A stretch of 64,000 nt of DNA from Thermoanaerobaculia bacterium. Lineage in GTDB: Bacteria; Acidobacteriota; Thermoanaerobaculia; Multivoradales; Multivoraceae. The notes under the pieces are model-generated. The model was not told the DNA's origin and did no database searches. It saw only the letters and a list, made by a program, of their open reading frames with translations. Location of the stretch: positions 3,648,001 through 3,712,000 of the forward strand of contig OY762911.1 of NCBI GenBank assembly GCA_963666565.1, given 5' to 3'. Made by a program: the position numbers and the translations under genes. Below are positions 29,301 through 37,510 of the stretch, piece by piece (position 1 is the stretch's first letter; each line of letters begins with the position of its first letter).

Positions 29301-29843
29301 CCGTTCTTCCGCTTCGTGCCCACCTTCGCGGACTGGCGGCCGCTCAGGGACGGCAAAGGCGACCCGATCGTGGAGCGCGACACTCTCCAGGCGCTGATCG
29401 CCGCCGACCCGGTTCGGGAGGACACTGCCCGTGAACTCTCCTCCACGGCCTACGACCGCGCGTTCGACGCCTGGGACATCGCCCGACGCGACGTCTGGGA
29501 GGAGTGGATGCGTCTCGTCGACCCGGCGAACCTGCAGCCGGACCTGCCGAAGGCGTTCCGCGACGCGGCGGAACTGCTCCACCGTCATGGCACGGAGGCG
29601 CTCGGCACGGACGAACTCGAGAAGCTCATTCCTCGATTCCAGACCGTGCCCACAGCGCGGGTTCAGCGCGACGTGCGCGCCATCCTGAACGCGGACGACG
29701 AGAACGAGGCGAAGGTCCGCCGCCTTCGGGACTTCGCGCTGCAGACCGGTCTGAAGCGACCGACGCCGGTCGAACCGCTGCCCGAAGTGGCCGAGGAAGA
29801 GGTTCATCTCGTCGCCTGGATGGCGATAAGGGCCGGCGCGTAG
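26319..29843 (+). CDS. PLD-nuclease-SNF2-like SF2 helicase fusion
   Basis: IATAYLNP, LHGKAF..GSSNLT (HxK..GSxN); ADEVGLGKT, DEAHN, LTATPVNN, SEGVNLQ, YDLPWNPMRVVQRHGRIDR; GTGA overlap with the MTase stop. Confidence 0.92.
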   Translation: MTTTPSGARAIFPPVFATNRPERGETVAAEINRLLRGKRKSHRAPQPVAIATAYLNPAGIALLLDELERAPRVRLLLGAEPDRATARPTTAGLSLKDLHQALRLHEAWLAAERDLTGFSREADGAARRLVEWLRSNDAGDGHRVQVRRYEDGFLHGKAFLVEHEMEPAVLAGSSNLTHAGLMTNAELNLGYPSSQHTHLVQGWFGYFWEHSAPFPLAEIYASRWDPHSPWIVFLRMLWELYGRDLEADDRAALAEELSLTAFQRDGVARALRLLKANGGVLVADEVGLGKTFIAAEMIRRATEENRQRVLVLAPAALKESMWDPFLDGHGFSRRVQCMSYDELRVAWQRDEEDTRRRLDDYALVIVDEAHNLRNPQAQRTETVAALVGGEHPKQVVLLTATPVNNSLGDLHALVSLFIRNDAFFAHAGIPSIRGYIAEAERIDPESLSPERLFDLLDRTTVRRTRSFVKDHYRNDRFVGPDGTEQTITFPTPALHRLDYELDAAGEALLDAVTRALDSPDEPGGEQPGGTEAAADPDRLILARYTPDAYRRRGGKEYRTQLSNAGLLRCALLKCLESSAAALRSTLGTLIHSHEAFLEALGAGWVLTGDALRDWIASDAEDLEEHIAWLDDRSKSGAAEASEYRAADLGADVRADLALLERLSALAEAAAGQAREPKSERLVSRLREVAAEARTVSREGIAASDRRKTIVFTSFVATVRDLQERVRQAVDAAVPDDPLSDFRGRLPGQPIHGQKTGVDQHHRARVLGRFAPRTAGSGHEEDRYDLLFSTDVLSEGVNLQQAGRIVNYDLPWNPMRVVQRHGRIDRIGSSHRRIALDCFFPASRLEELLDLEQRLRRKLALANAAVGTGDVLPGVDSGAGQVFSDTTRDQIMEIHDEDASILEHGGQHRALSGEEYRHRLRQSMKPDAERGEVLGLPWASGSGFRNPGTRQSGFVFCIRVGQCRTEAASRSRSRPSAPSRRPTCGRADCEVCRRDPFFRFVPTFADWRPLRDGKGDPIVERDTLQALIAADPVREDTARELSSTAYDRAFDAWDIARRDVWEEWMRLVDPANLQPDLPKAFRDAAELLHRHGTEALGTDELEKLIPRFQTVPTARVQRDVRAILNADDENEAKVRRLRDFALQTGLKRPTPVEPLPEVAEEEVHLVAWMAIRAGA

Positions 29844-29892
29844 CGTGCCAGGGGGACACGGCGGCGGCCGGTCAGGCCCGTCCGCACCGCCC

Positions 29893-30306
29893 TCAGCCGC
29901 CGTGAGTGCCGGGTGCCGCCTGGAGATCGAAGAGGGGCACGCCCATGGCTTCCGCAGCATCCGCCATCCGCCCGTCGTAGGTGGCGAGCTCGATCTGCCT
30001 CCGCTGCCGAAACAGGTACTCGGCTGTAGCGAGGTGTAGCGCGTCGCGCGTCCGAACCGGAACGGGGAACGCTTCGAGAGCCCGCTCGAGAGTCAGCGGC
30101 CACAGTTCAACCATCGCGACTCCATCGAGAAGCTCCCGAGCCTGTTCGCCAAGGGACTCGCCGCGGAAGCGGGAGTGGAGTACGACCCACACCTCGTACT
30201 CAAGAAGCCGGCTCGAGACGATCTCGGCCTTCCAGAACCGCTCTGGAGGGCGCCGCACTTCGACGAAGAGGTGCGCGAGCAAGACGGAACTGTCGACGTA
30301 GATCAA
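29893..30306 (-). CDS. vapC: VapC/PIN-domain toxin
   Basis: IYVDSS, LEYEV, RTRDALHLATA and LATYD acidic PIN residues; overlaps the antitoxin stop. Confidence 0.9.
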   Translation of the reverse strand: MIYVDSSVLLAHLFVEVRRPPERFWKAEIVSSRLLEYEVWVVLHSRFRGESLGEQARELLDGVAMVELWPLTLERALEAFPVPVRTRDALHLATAEYLFRQRRQIELATYDGRMADAAEAMGVPLFDLQAAPGTHGG

Positions 30307-30599
30307 AGCCGGTCACTTCGCACGTCGTCCAGAACCTCCATGAGTTCGTCGAGGCTCATGATCGGCGCGGGCTTCGGCGGCGGACCCGCGAACGGCTTCA
30401 GGGGCGGCGTCAGGATGCCCTTCCGCATCATCTCGGCGAGCTTCGCGTCGGCGAGCATCCGGCTTCGCTCTCGACGCGGCGGGCCGAGTTCGGCAACGAT
30501 CCGGTCGCGATTCGTGACCAGCACGGTCTCTCCACCGGCTGCGATGCGGACGTACTCGCTGAGCTTGCTGTTCAGCGTCTTGAGGCCTACGGATCTCAT
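30303..30599 (-). CDS. Phd/YefM-family antitoxin
   Basis: MRSVGLKTLNSKLSEYVRIAAGGETVLVTNRDRIVAELGPP. Confidence 0.9.
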   Translation of the reverse strand: MRSVGLKTLNSKLSEYVRIAAGGETVLVTNRDRIVAELGPPRRERSRMLADAKLAEMMRKGILTPPLKPFAGPPPKPAPIMSLDELMEVLDDVRSDRL

Positions 30600-30603
30600 G
30601 GCC

Positions 30604-30636
30604 ACGAAAGTAGCTACTAGTAGCTGCTTTCGTCAA
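30604..30636 (-). promoter_or_regulatory. TA promoter with a 30-bp palindromic operator
   Basis: ACGAAAGTAGCTACTAGTAGCTGCTTTCGT (30604-30633) is a palindrome with one mismatched pair; on the minus strand TTGACG-18 nt-TACTTT ends 7 nt before the ATG. Confidence 0.75.
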
Positions 30637-30745
30637 GGCCCCCGCCGGCAAGTCGCGCTCGCGTTCCGGCGAGTCGCGGCCCGGATCCCGGCGGTCCCCT
30701 CCGATCGCCGCTTCGCCCGGAGGCCCGCAGCCGGAGAAGGCGCCG

Positions 30746-31213
30746 CTATTGCGACGCAGCCTGGTAAAGCTCGATCTCGTAGCCGTCCGGGTCGTGGAAG
30801 AAGACGATCGTCGGCGGATTGTCGCCGGGAATCGTGACCCACCGGAGCGTGGAACCGGCCGCCTTGGCCTTCTTCGCGAGAGCCTTGGCGTTCGCCGTGT
30901 TGACGATGATCCGGCCGTAGCTTCCCTTGCCCTCAGGGAGCGGATCGTCGTTGAAGTGCGCCAGAACGAGTGTCGCGCCACCGCCCGGCGGCGCCAGACC
31001 GATCTCGATCACGTCGTTCCCGTCGGACGGATACGTCCACACGCGCTTGAAGCCCAGCACTTCGGCGTAGTACTTCTCGGACCGCTCGAGGTCCGCCACG
31101 TTGATGGCCACCAGCGCCAACGAAGCGTCGGACTTCTCGTCTCCCGCCATCAGCGGGGCACTCACGCACAACAACACCGCAAACACCAAGGCCCGAACCG
31201 CCCACTTCGACAT
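30746..31213 (-). CDS. VOC/glyoxalase family protein with signal peptide
   Basis: INVADLERSEKYY..VLG and FFHDPDGYEIEL; start MSKWAV at 31213. Confidence 0.85.
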   Translation of the reverse strand: MSKWAVRALVFAVLLCVSAPLMAGDEKSDASLALVAINVADLERSEKYYAEVLGFKRVWTYPSDGNDVIEIGLAPPGGGATLVLAHFNDDPLPEGKGSYGRIIVNTANAKALAKKAKAAGSTLRWVTIPGDNPPTIVFFHDPDGYEIELYQAASQ

Positions 31214-31284
31214 CCCAAGCTCCCTTCTGAGCATCAGACTCACTGTCAACAGAGGCAGGCGAGCATAGCGCGCCGAGGGCCGCG

Positions 31285-32304
31285 CTACTCCACCGGATTC
31301 GCGGCGATGAACTCGTTGATGATCCCCGCCAGTTCCTCGCCGTGCGTCTCCTGGATGAAGTGGCCCGCGCCTTCGACCTTGACGTGCGGCTGGCCCTGGG
31401 CGCCGGGGACTCGCCTCTGGAACGGCACCTCGCCGCCGCGCGTGATCGGGTCTCTGTCTCCGTAGGCCGTCAGGAAGGGCTTCTCCCAGCGTTCGAAGAC
31501 TTCCCAGGCCTTGCGGTTCGCCTCGTTCGCCGGATCGTCGGCGAAGACCGGCACACGCTGCGGCATGATCAGCGCCCCGGCCTTGTAGGCCGGCTCGGGA
31601 AACGGCGCATCGTAGGCGGCCGCGATCGACGGGTCGCCCGTGTTGGTCGCCAGCATGCGGCCCGTGGGAATGTCTCCGGCGTCAATCATCGCCTGGTTCC
31701 TGCGCTTCCAGCGGATGAAGGCGCTGTTCTCCGGGAAGTCCTCCGGGCCGGCCGCCCCGCCGACCGGCAGGCCTCCGTTGGAGAGGACGACCCGCGCGAA
31801 GCGCTCCTCGTTCTCCGCCACCACGCGCAGGCCGATCAGGCTCCCCCAGTCCTGGCCGAAGAAGGTCGCCTGCCGCAGGTCGAGCGCCTCGACCAGCTCG
31901 GTCATCGCGTCGACGTGGAACTTGTAGGTGTGGGTGTCCATGCTCGCCGGCTTGTCGGAGCGCCCGAAACCGATGAGATCGGGCACGATGCAGCGATGGC
32001 CGGCCTCGACGAGGACCGGGATCATCTTCCGGTAGAGATACGACCAGGTCGGCTCGCCGTGGAGCAGCAGGATCGGTTCGCCGTCGGCCGGCCCCTCGTC
32101 GAGGTAGGCGACCCGGTAGCCGTCGATCTCCAGGTAGTGCGGCTCGAAGTCGAAGTCCGGCAGGTTCTCGAAGCGGGCGTCGGGGGTGCGATACACGCCG
32201 GGGCGAATCTCCTCGGCAAGGGCTGGCGCGGTCATCGCCGCGAAGGCCAGGGCGACGACGCCCAGGGTCGCCGCCTCAACGAGGTCTCGTCGCGATCTCT
32301 TCAT
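31285..32304 (-). CDS. Haloalkane dehalogenase (alpha/beta hydrolase), exported
   Basis: RTPDARF, HGEPTWSYLYRKM, PDLIGFGRSDKP, GQDWG nucleophile, AGHFIQE; N-terminal signal with SRRDLV. Confidence 0.92.
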   Translation of the reverse strand: MKRSRRDLVEAATLGVVALAFAAMTAPALAEEIRPGVYRTPDARFENLPDFDFEPHYLEIDGYRVAYLDEGPADGEPILLLHGEPTWSYLYRKMIPVLVEAGHRCIVPDLIGFGRSDKPASMDTHTYKFHVDAMTELVEALDLRQATFFGQDWGSLIGLRVVAENEERFARVVLSNGGLPVGGAAGPEDFPENSAFIRWKRRNQAMIDAGDIPTGRMLATNTGDPSIAAAYDAPFPEPAYKAGALIMPQRVPVFADDPANEANRKAWEVFERWEKPFLTAYGDRDPITRGGEVPFQRRVPGAQGQPHVKVEGAGHFIQETHGEELAGIINEFIAANPVE

Positions 32305-32409
32305 CTCGGTTCCTCCGTTCCGTCTGGCGCAGGCCGTGGGAATGACGCCCGACTCTATCGGGCGAGATCGACTATCCTCTCTCCGCCCCGAGGAACGGAG
32401 CAGGCCCAG

Positions 32410-33360
32410 ATGACCCAGAACGGAACCGCCGTGCGCCTCTCGGGCGTGCGCAAGACCTTCGGCGCGCACACCGCGGTCGCCGACCTCGACCTCACGATCG
32501 AACCCGGCACGATCTACGGCCTCCTGGGCCCCAACGGCTCGGGCAAGACGACCACGATCCGCATGATGATGGGCATCCTGCTGCCCGACAGCGGCTCGGT
32601 GGAGCTCTTCGGCGGCCCGCCCGACTTCGGCCGGCGCAGCCGGGTCGGCTACCTGCCCGAGGAGCGCGGCGTCTACGAGAAGATGAAGGTGCTCGACCAG
32701 CTCGTCTTCTTCGGCGAGATCCGCGGCCTCGCGCGGTCCATGGCCCGCACCCGGGCCGAGGAGTGGCTGGACCGGCTCGGGCTCGGCGACTGGGCGTCCA
32801 AGAAGGTGCAGGCCCTGTCGAAGGGGATGCAGCAGAAGGTGCAGTTCATCTCCACGGTGCTCCACGACCCGGAGATGCTGATCCTGGACGAGCCCTTCAG
32901 CGGCCTCGACCCGATCAACCAGGACGTGCTGGAGGAGATCGTCCTCGAGGAGAAGGAACGCGGCAAGACGATCCTCTTCTCGACCCACCTGATGGAGCAG
33001 GCGGAGCGGCTCTGCGAGCGGGTCTGCCTCATCTCGCGGTCGCGCAAGGTGCTCGACGACGACCTGAAGGAACTGAAGCGGCGCGAGCGCTCGGGCGTCG
33101 TGGCGGTGGAGTTCGAGGGCGAGGCTCCCTCGGTCGCCGCCTGGCCGGAAGTCCTGGACGCCCAGCAGGTGGGCGACGCGTTCCACATGTCCCTGCACGA
33201 CGGGGTGCGCCCGGAGAAGATCCTGGATGCGGTGCTCGCGGAGGGCGTCAGCCTCCGCAGGTTCGAACTGCTGGAGCCTCGGCTGCACGAGATCTTCGTC
33301 CGCCACGCCGGGGACCCCGGCGACGACGATGCCCCGTCAGAGACGGGAGGTGCGTCATGA
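32410..33360 (+). CDS. ABC transporter ATP-binding protein (NatA/YhaQ-like)
   Basis: GPNGSGKTT, GYLPEERG, LSKGMQQK, LDEPFSGLDP. Confidence 0.93.
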   Translation: MTQNGTAVRLSGVRKTFGAHTAVADLDLTIEPGTIYGLLGPNGSGKTTTIRMMMGILLPDSGSVELFGGPPDFGRRSRVGYLPEERGVYEKMKVLDQLVFFGEIRGLARSMARTRAEEWLDRLGLGDWASKKVQALSKGMQQKVQFISTVLHDPEMLILDEPFSGLDPINQDVLEEIVLEEKERGKTILFSTHLMEQAERLCERVCLISRSRKVLDDDLKELKRRERSGVVAVEFEGEAPSVAAWPEVLDAQQVGDAFHMSLHDGVRPEKILDAVLAEGVSLRRFELLEPRLHEIFVRHAGDPGDDDAPSETGGAS

Positions 33361-34622
33361 AGCAGGTCTGGTCGGTGATCCGCCGCGAGTACGTGGAGCG
33401 CGTCAAGACGAGGGCGTTCATCCTCTCGACGCTCGGCATGCCGCTGCTCATGATCGGCATCATGGCGGTCGTCGGATTCGTCGCGTTCCTCTCCGAGCAG
33501 TCGGAGCGGCAGATCGCCCTGATCGACCTGAACGGACAACTCGGCGAACGCGTCCAGCAGGCCCTGGATCGGGCGGGATACGACGTGGAACTCGCGGCGC
33601 CCGAAACCAGCGCCGAAGACCTGGACCAGCAGGTGCTGGACGAAGAACTTGAGGCCTACGTCGTCCTCGACGACACGACGGCCAGCGAAGCCGTCTTTCG
33701 CTACCGGTCGAAGGAACCGCCGGGAAGCGTGCGTTCGCAGTTGATGCGATCGGCCGTCGTCGAGGAGGTCGTCGACCTGCGTCTCGGCCAACTCGAGGAC
33801 GGCGAATCGGTGCGGAGGCTCTTCGAGGGCGGCTCGCTGGAGTACGAGCCAGTGGGCCTGGACGAGGAGGAAGCGGAGGAAGCCGAGGCCGAGCGGATCA
33901 CCGGCATGATCACCGGCATCGCCGGCGGCCTCATCCTCTACATCATGATGCTCGCCTACGGTGCCCAGACGCTGCAGTCGGTCCTCGAGGAGAAGCAGAG
34001 CCGGGTCGTCGAACTGGTGATCTCGTCGTTGCGACCCTGGCAACTCATGCTGGGCAAGATCGTCGGAGTCGGGGCCGTCGGCCTCACCCAGGTAGCGATC
34101 TGGATCGCTTGCGTGGCTCTGCTGGCCGGCCTCGCGTTGCCGAGCCTGATCGCCGCCGCCTCGGACTTCGAAGAGCTGGCTGAGTTCCGGCAGTACCTTC
34201 CGGGCCCCGGCGCCGTTCTGCTGCTCGTCGTCTTCTTTTTGCTCGGCTACTTCCTCTACTCGAGCCTGTTCGCCGCGGTCGGCGCCATGTGCCGGAACCT
34301 GCAGGAAGCGGGACAAACCCAGGCGCCCCTCATCGTCCTGATCATCGTCCCGTTCATGCTTCAGATGATGACCTTCCAGGGGAACAGCATGCCGTGGATG
34401 AACTGGGTGGCCCTGTTCCCCTTCTTCAGCCCGATCATGATGTACCCCCGGGCCGTGATGGGGGACGTACCCGCCTGGATGGTCGCCGTCTCGATCGTGC
34501 TGATGGCGCTGACCGTCTGGGGCGCCGCCTGGGTGGCGGGCAGGATCTACAAGGTCGGCATCCTCAGTCAGGGCAATCGGCCCAGCCCGCGGGAACTGCT
34601 GCGCTGGATCCGGGAGGCGTAG
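33357..34622 (+). CDS. ABC-2 permease (NatB/YhaP-like)
   Basis: IRREYVERVK, EEKQSRVVELVISS, GKIVG, PFFSPIMM; ATGA overlap with the ATPase. Confidence 0.92.
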   Translation: MKQVWSVIRREYVERVKTRAFILSTLGMPLLMIGIMAVVGFVAFLSEQSERQIALIDLNGQLGERVQQALDRAGYDVELAAPETSAEDLDQQVLDEELEAYVVLDDTTASEAVFRYRSKEPPGSVRSQLMRSAVVEEVVDLRLGQLEDGESVRRLFEGGSLEYEPVGLDEEEAEEAEAERITGMITGIAGGLILYIMMLAYGAQTLQSVLEEKQSRVVELVISSLRPWQLMLGKIVGVGAVGLTQVAIWIACVALLAGLALPSLIAAASDFEELAEFRQYLPGPGAVLLLVVFFLLGYFLYSSLFAAVGAMCRNLQEAGQTQAPLIVLIIVPFMLQMMTFQGNSMPWMNWVALFPFFSPIMMYPRAVMGDVPAWMVAVSIVLMALTVWGAAWVAGRIYKVGILSQGNRPSPRELLRWIREA

Positions 34623-34704
34623 CAGGGCGCGGAGCGCACTGCTACGGCGAACCGGACCAGCTCAATGACCGCGGAGCGCGTCGCCAGACCGCGACGTGCG
34701 TTGA

Positions 34705-36645
34705 TCAGGTGGATTCGGGAGGCCTGAGGATCGGCGGCATCGGGCAGTTGATCCAGGCCGCCACGACCCGCAGCAGTTCGCCCTCCTCTACCGTCACCTG
34801 CCGGTCAGCCGTGATGCAGGCGACTGCCGCCTCCAGGACGCGCTTCTTCACCTGTGGCGCAGCCCGGTCCAACTCGACGAGAGCCACATCGAGTGCGGTG
34901 AAGCCGCATTCCTCGTGCGGAAGCAAGCCCCTTTCGGGAAGCGAAAGGACCCGCCACCCTTCCGCGAAGGCCCGTTCGGCCGCCTGGGGATCCCGATTGC
35001 CGACGTAAGCGAGCACCGACAGGAGCACCGCCAACGGGGATTGCACCGCGCCGGCCGAACGATGGCGCACCCGCGTCGGCCCCGACCTGCCGAAGGACGC
35101 CTGCATGTCGCGCAACAGGATGCGCTGGAGCGACCACTCGAACAGGTCGATGACCTCGTCCGCCTCGACAAGCGCCACGACGTTCTCCTGGAACCGCTCG
35201 ACCTGCCGCGACGTGAGGCTGCGAAGCGCGGGCAAAGCGATCTCGAGCACGGGTAAGCGCACTCTCGGATCGAGCCGCTCGACGACCGGAGCCAGCCGCA
35301 CGGTCTCTTCGTAGACGCCGTCGTCCGCCGCCGCCTCCAGGTGGGCGAGCTGCAACCGTCGCGGTCCCGGATCATGGTCGAGCAGAAGCGCGTAGACGAG
35401 GGCCCGGGCGCCGTAGGGCTCGTGCGCGGCCACCATGACCGGCTCCGGCAGGCGGTCGATCAACCCGGCCGCGTACTCCACGTGCGCAGGCGTCGGCTGG
35501 CCGACGTGGCCGATCGCGGCAGCGAGATTCGGCCCGGCGGCCCCTCCGCCATCGCCGCCCGCGAAGCCCACGGCACCTGGAGGACCAACCGCGCCCGGAG
35601 CACCATCGCCAGCCCCGAGCAGTTCCGGAAACTCGCCGTCCCAGGACGGATCGATCCGTTTGATCCGCTCCCCCAGCGGCGGATGGGTCGAGAACATCGC
35701 GCTGAAGCCGGAGGTCGCCCGGCCGAAGAACATGTGGCTGGCTTGCGGCGCGTTCGGGTTCTCCACCTTCGAGCCGGTCACGAAGCCGCCGATCTTCTTG
35801 AGCGCGCCGGCGATTCCCCAGGGATGGCGGGTGAACTGCACCGCCGAGGAGTCGGCCAGGAACTCGCGTTGCCGGCTGACGGCGGCCTTGATCATGTTGC
35901 CGAAGAAGGTACCCGCGAAGCCGACGATCGCGAGCCCGGCGCCGAGAGCCAGGATCGGCAGCGCGCCCTTGTTGTCTCTCGAGCGTCCACCCCCGGTGTA
36001 GAACGACATCCTGAGGATGAAGTAGCCGATCATCCCGATGAGGAAGATGCCGTGGAGCATGCCGATCAGCCGGATGTTCAGCCGCATGTCGCCGTTCAGG
36101 ATGTGGCTGAACTCGTGGGCGATGACCCCCTGGAGTTCGTCGCGGTCGAGGGTCGCCGCCGCTCCGCGCGTGACGCCGATGACGGCGTCCTGGGGCGCGA
36201 AGCCGGCGGCGAATGCGTTGATGCCCGCTTCGCCGTCCATCACGTAGACCGGCGGCGCCGAGGTGCCCGAGGCGATCGCCATCTCTTCGACGACGTTGAG
36301 CAGCCTGCGCTCGACCGGGTCCGACGTGCCGCCATCCACGAGGCGGCCGCCCAGTTCCTCGGCGATCACGCGACCGCCACCACGCAACTGGGCGAGCTTG
36401 TAGAGGCTCCCACCGCCGACCACCGACAGGGTGCCGAGCGTCGCCAGGATCAGCAACCGCGGATCGCCGACGGCCGTCCAGTCGAGCGCGCCCGTGTCGG
36501 GGTCGCGGCCGAAGTACCCCATCGTGGCGGCCAGCAGCACCTCGACCGAAACCACGATCGCGAGCACCGCCAGCGAGAACAGCACGACGAGGCGGGCGGT
36601 GCCCCGCCGGGCTGCGTCCTGCTGCTGAAAGAAGTCGGTCGCCAT
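34705..36645 (-). CDS. M48 (HtpX-like) metalloprotease with extended C-terminus
   Basis: INAFAAG, ELQGVIAHEFSH (HExxH), SRQREFLAD, STHPP; downstream of lemA. Confidence 0.92.
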   Translation of the reverse strand: MATDFFQQQDAARRGTARLVVLFSLAVLAIVVSVEVLLAATMGYFGRDPDTGALDWTAVGDPRLLILATLGTLSVVGGGSLYKLAQLRGGGRVIAEELGGRLVDGGTSDPVERRLLNVVEEMAIASGTSAPPVYVMDGEAGINAFAAGFAPQDAVIGVTRGAAATLDRDELQGVIAHEFSHILNGDMRLNIRLIGMLHGIFLIGMIGYFILRMSFYTGGGRSRDNKGALPILALGAGLAIVGFAGTFFGNMIKAAVSRQREFLADSSAVQFTRHPWGIAGALKKIGGFVTGSKVENPNAPQASHMFFGRATSGFSAMFSTHPPLGERIKRIDPSWDGEFPELLGAGDGAPGAVGPPGAVGFAGGDGGGAAGPNLAAAIGHVGQPTPAHVEYAAGLIDRLPEPVMVAAHEPYGARALVYALLLDHDPGPRRLQLAHLEAAADDGVYEETVRLAPVVERLDPRVRLPVLEIALPALRSLTSRQVERFQENVVALVEADEVIDLFEWSLQRILLRDMQASFGRSGPTRVRHRSAGAVQSPLAVLLSVLAYVGNRDPQAAERAFAEGWRVLSLPERGLLPHEECGFTALDVALVELDRAAPQVKKRVLEAAVACITADRQVTVEEGELLRVVAAWINCPMPPILRPPEST

Positions 36646-36779
36646 CGCGCCGCCGCCCGAACCGGCGAAACCGGACTACTCGCGCCCCGAAGCGTCTCGC
36701 AGACTCGGCGATTCGGACCAGCCCGTCCTTGCCGGTAGTCCGCGCCCGGAAGTCACTTCGTAGCCTGCCACGATGCAGA

Positions 36780-37388
36780 CTACTCGAACGAAATCTGCGG
36801 TGCTTCGGCGATCGCCTCGCTGTCGAACTCGAGCAGCGTCGCGTCCTGGCCGTGGCCGAACATCCCGGCGACGGTGACCGCCGGGAACCTCTGCTTGTAC
36901 GTGTTGTACGCGGTCACCGCGTCGTTGAAGGCCTGGCGCGCGAAGGCGACCTTGTTCTCGGTCGAGCGCAGTTCCTCGCTGACCTGCATCATGTTCTGGT
37001 TCGCCTTCAGGTCCGGGTAGGCCTCCGCCAGGGCGAAGAGGCGGCCGAGGGTGCCGGTGAGGACGCCTTCCGCCGAGGCGAGTCCCTGGATCGCGGCGGC
37101 GTCGCCCGGGTTCGCGGCCGCCTGCTGCAGTCCGCCGGCCGCCTCGTTGCGGGCCTGGATTACCGCCTCCAGCGTCTCCCGCTCGTGCTTCATGTAGCCC
37201 TTCGCCACCTCGACCATGTTCGGAATCAGGTCGTACCGCCGCTTGAGCTGGACCTCGATCTGCGCGAACGCGTTCTGGTAGCGGTTCTTCAGCGTGACCA
37301 GCTTGTTGAAGGTCCCGATCAGCGACGCGCCGAAGATGACGGCGAGGAGCGCCAGACCGGCCAGAATGACGATCGTCAGAATGCTCAT
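36780..37388 (-). CDS. lemA: LemA family protein
   Basis: QIEVQLKRRYDLIPN, EAYPDLKANQN, TENKVAFARQAFND; start MSILTIV at 37388. Confidence 0.95.
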   Translation of the reverse strand: MSILTIVILAGLALLAVIFGASLIGTFNKLVTLKNRYQNAFAQIEVQLKRRYDLIPNMVEVAKGYMKHERETLEAVIQARNEAAGGLQQAAANPGDAAAIQGLASAEGVLTGTLGRLFALAEAYPDLKANQNMMQVSEELRSTENKVAFARQAFNDAVTAYNTYKQRFPAVTVAGMFGHGQDATLLEFDSEAIAEAPQISFE

Positions 37389-37510
37389 GAAGTTGTCTCC
37401 GTCGGCTGGGGCCGCCCGTTGGCCGCGGCCCGGCGCCCGGGCGGCGAAGTCCCGCGCCACACCCGAACCAATTTCGAGCGTCCGTCAGCGGGTGCTCGAA
37501 CGGCATGCTG

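Noticed and set aside
21913-29843. Complete DISARM or BREX system
   Set aside because: No drmA/drmB(DUF1998), brxC or pglZ nearby.
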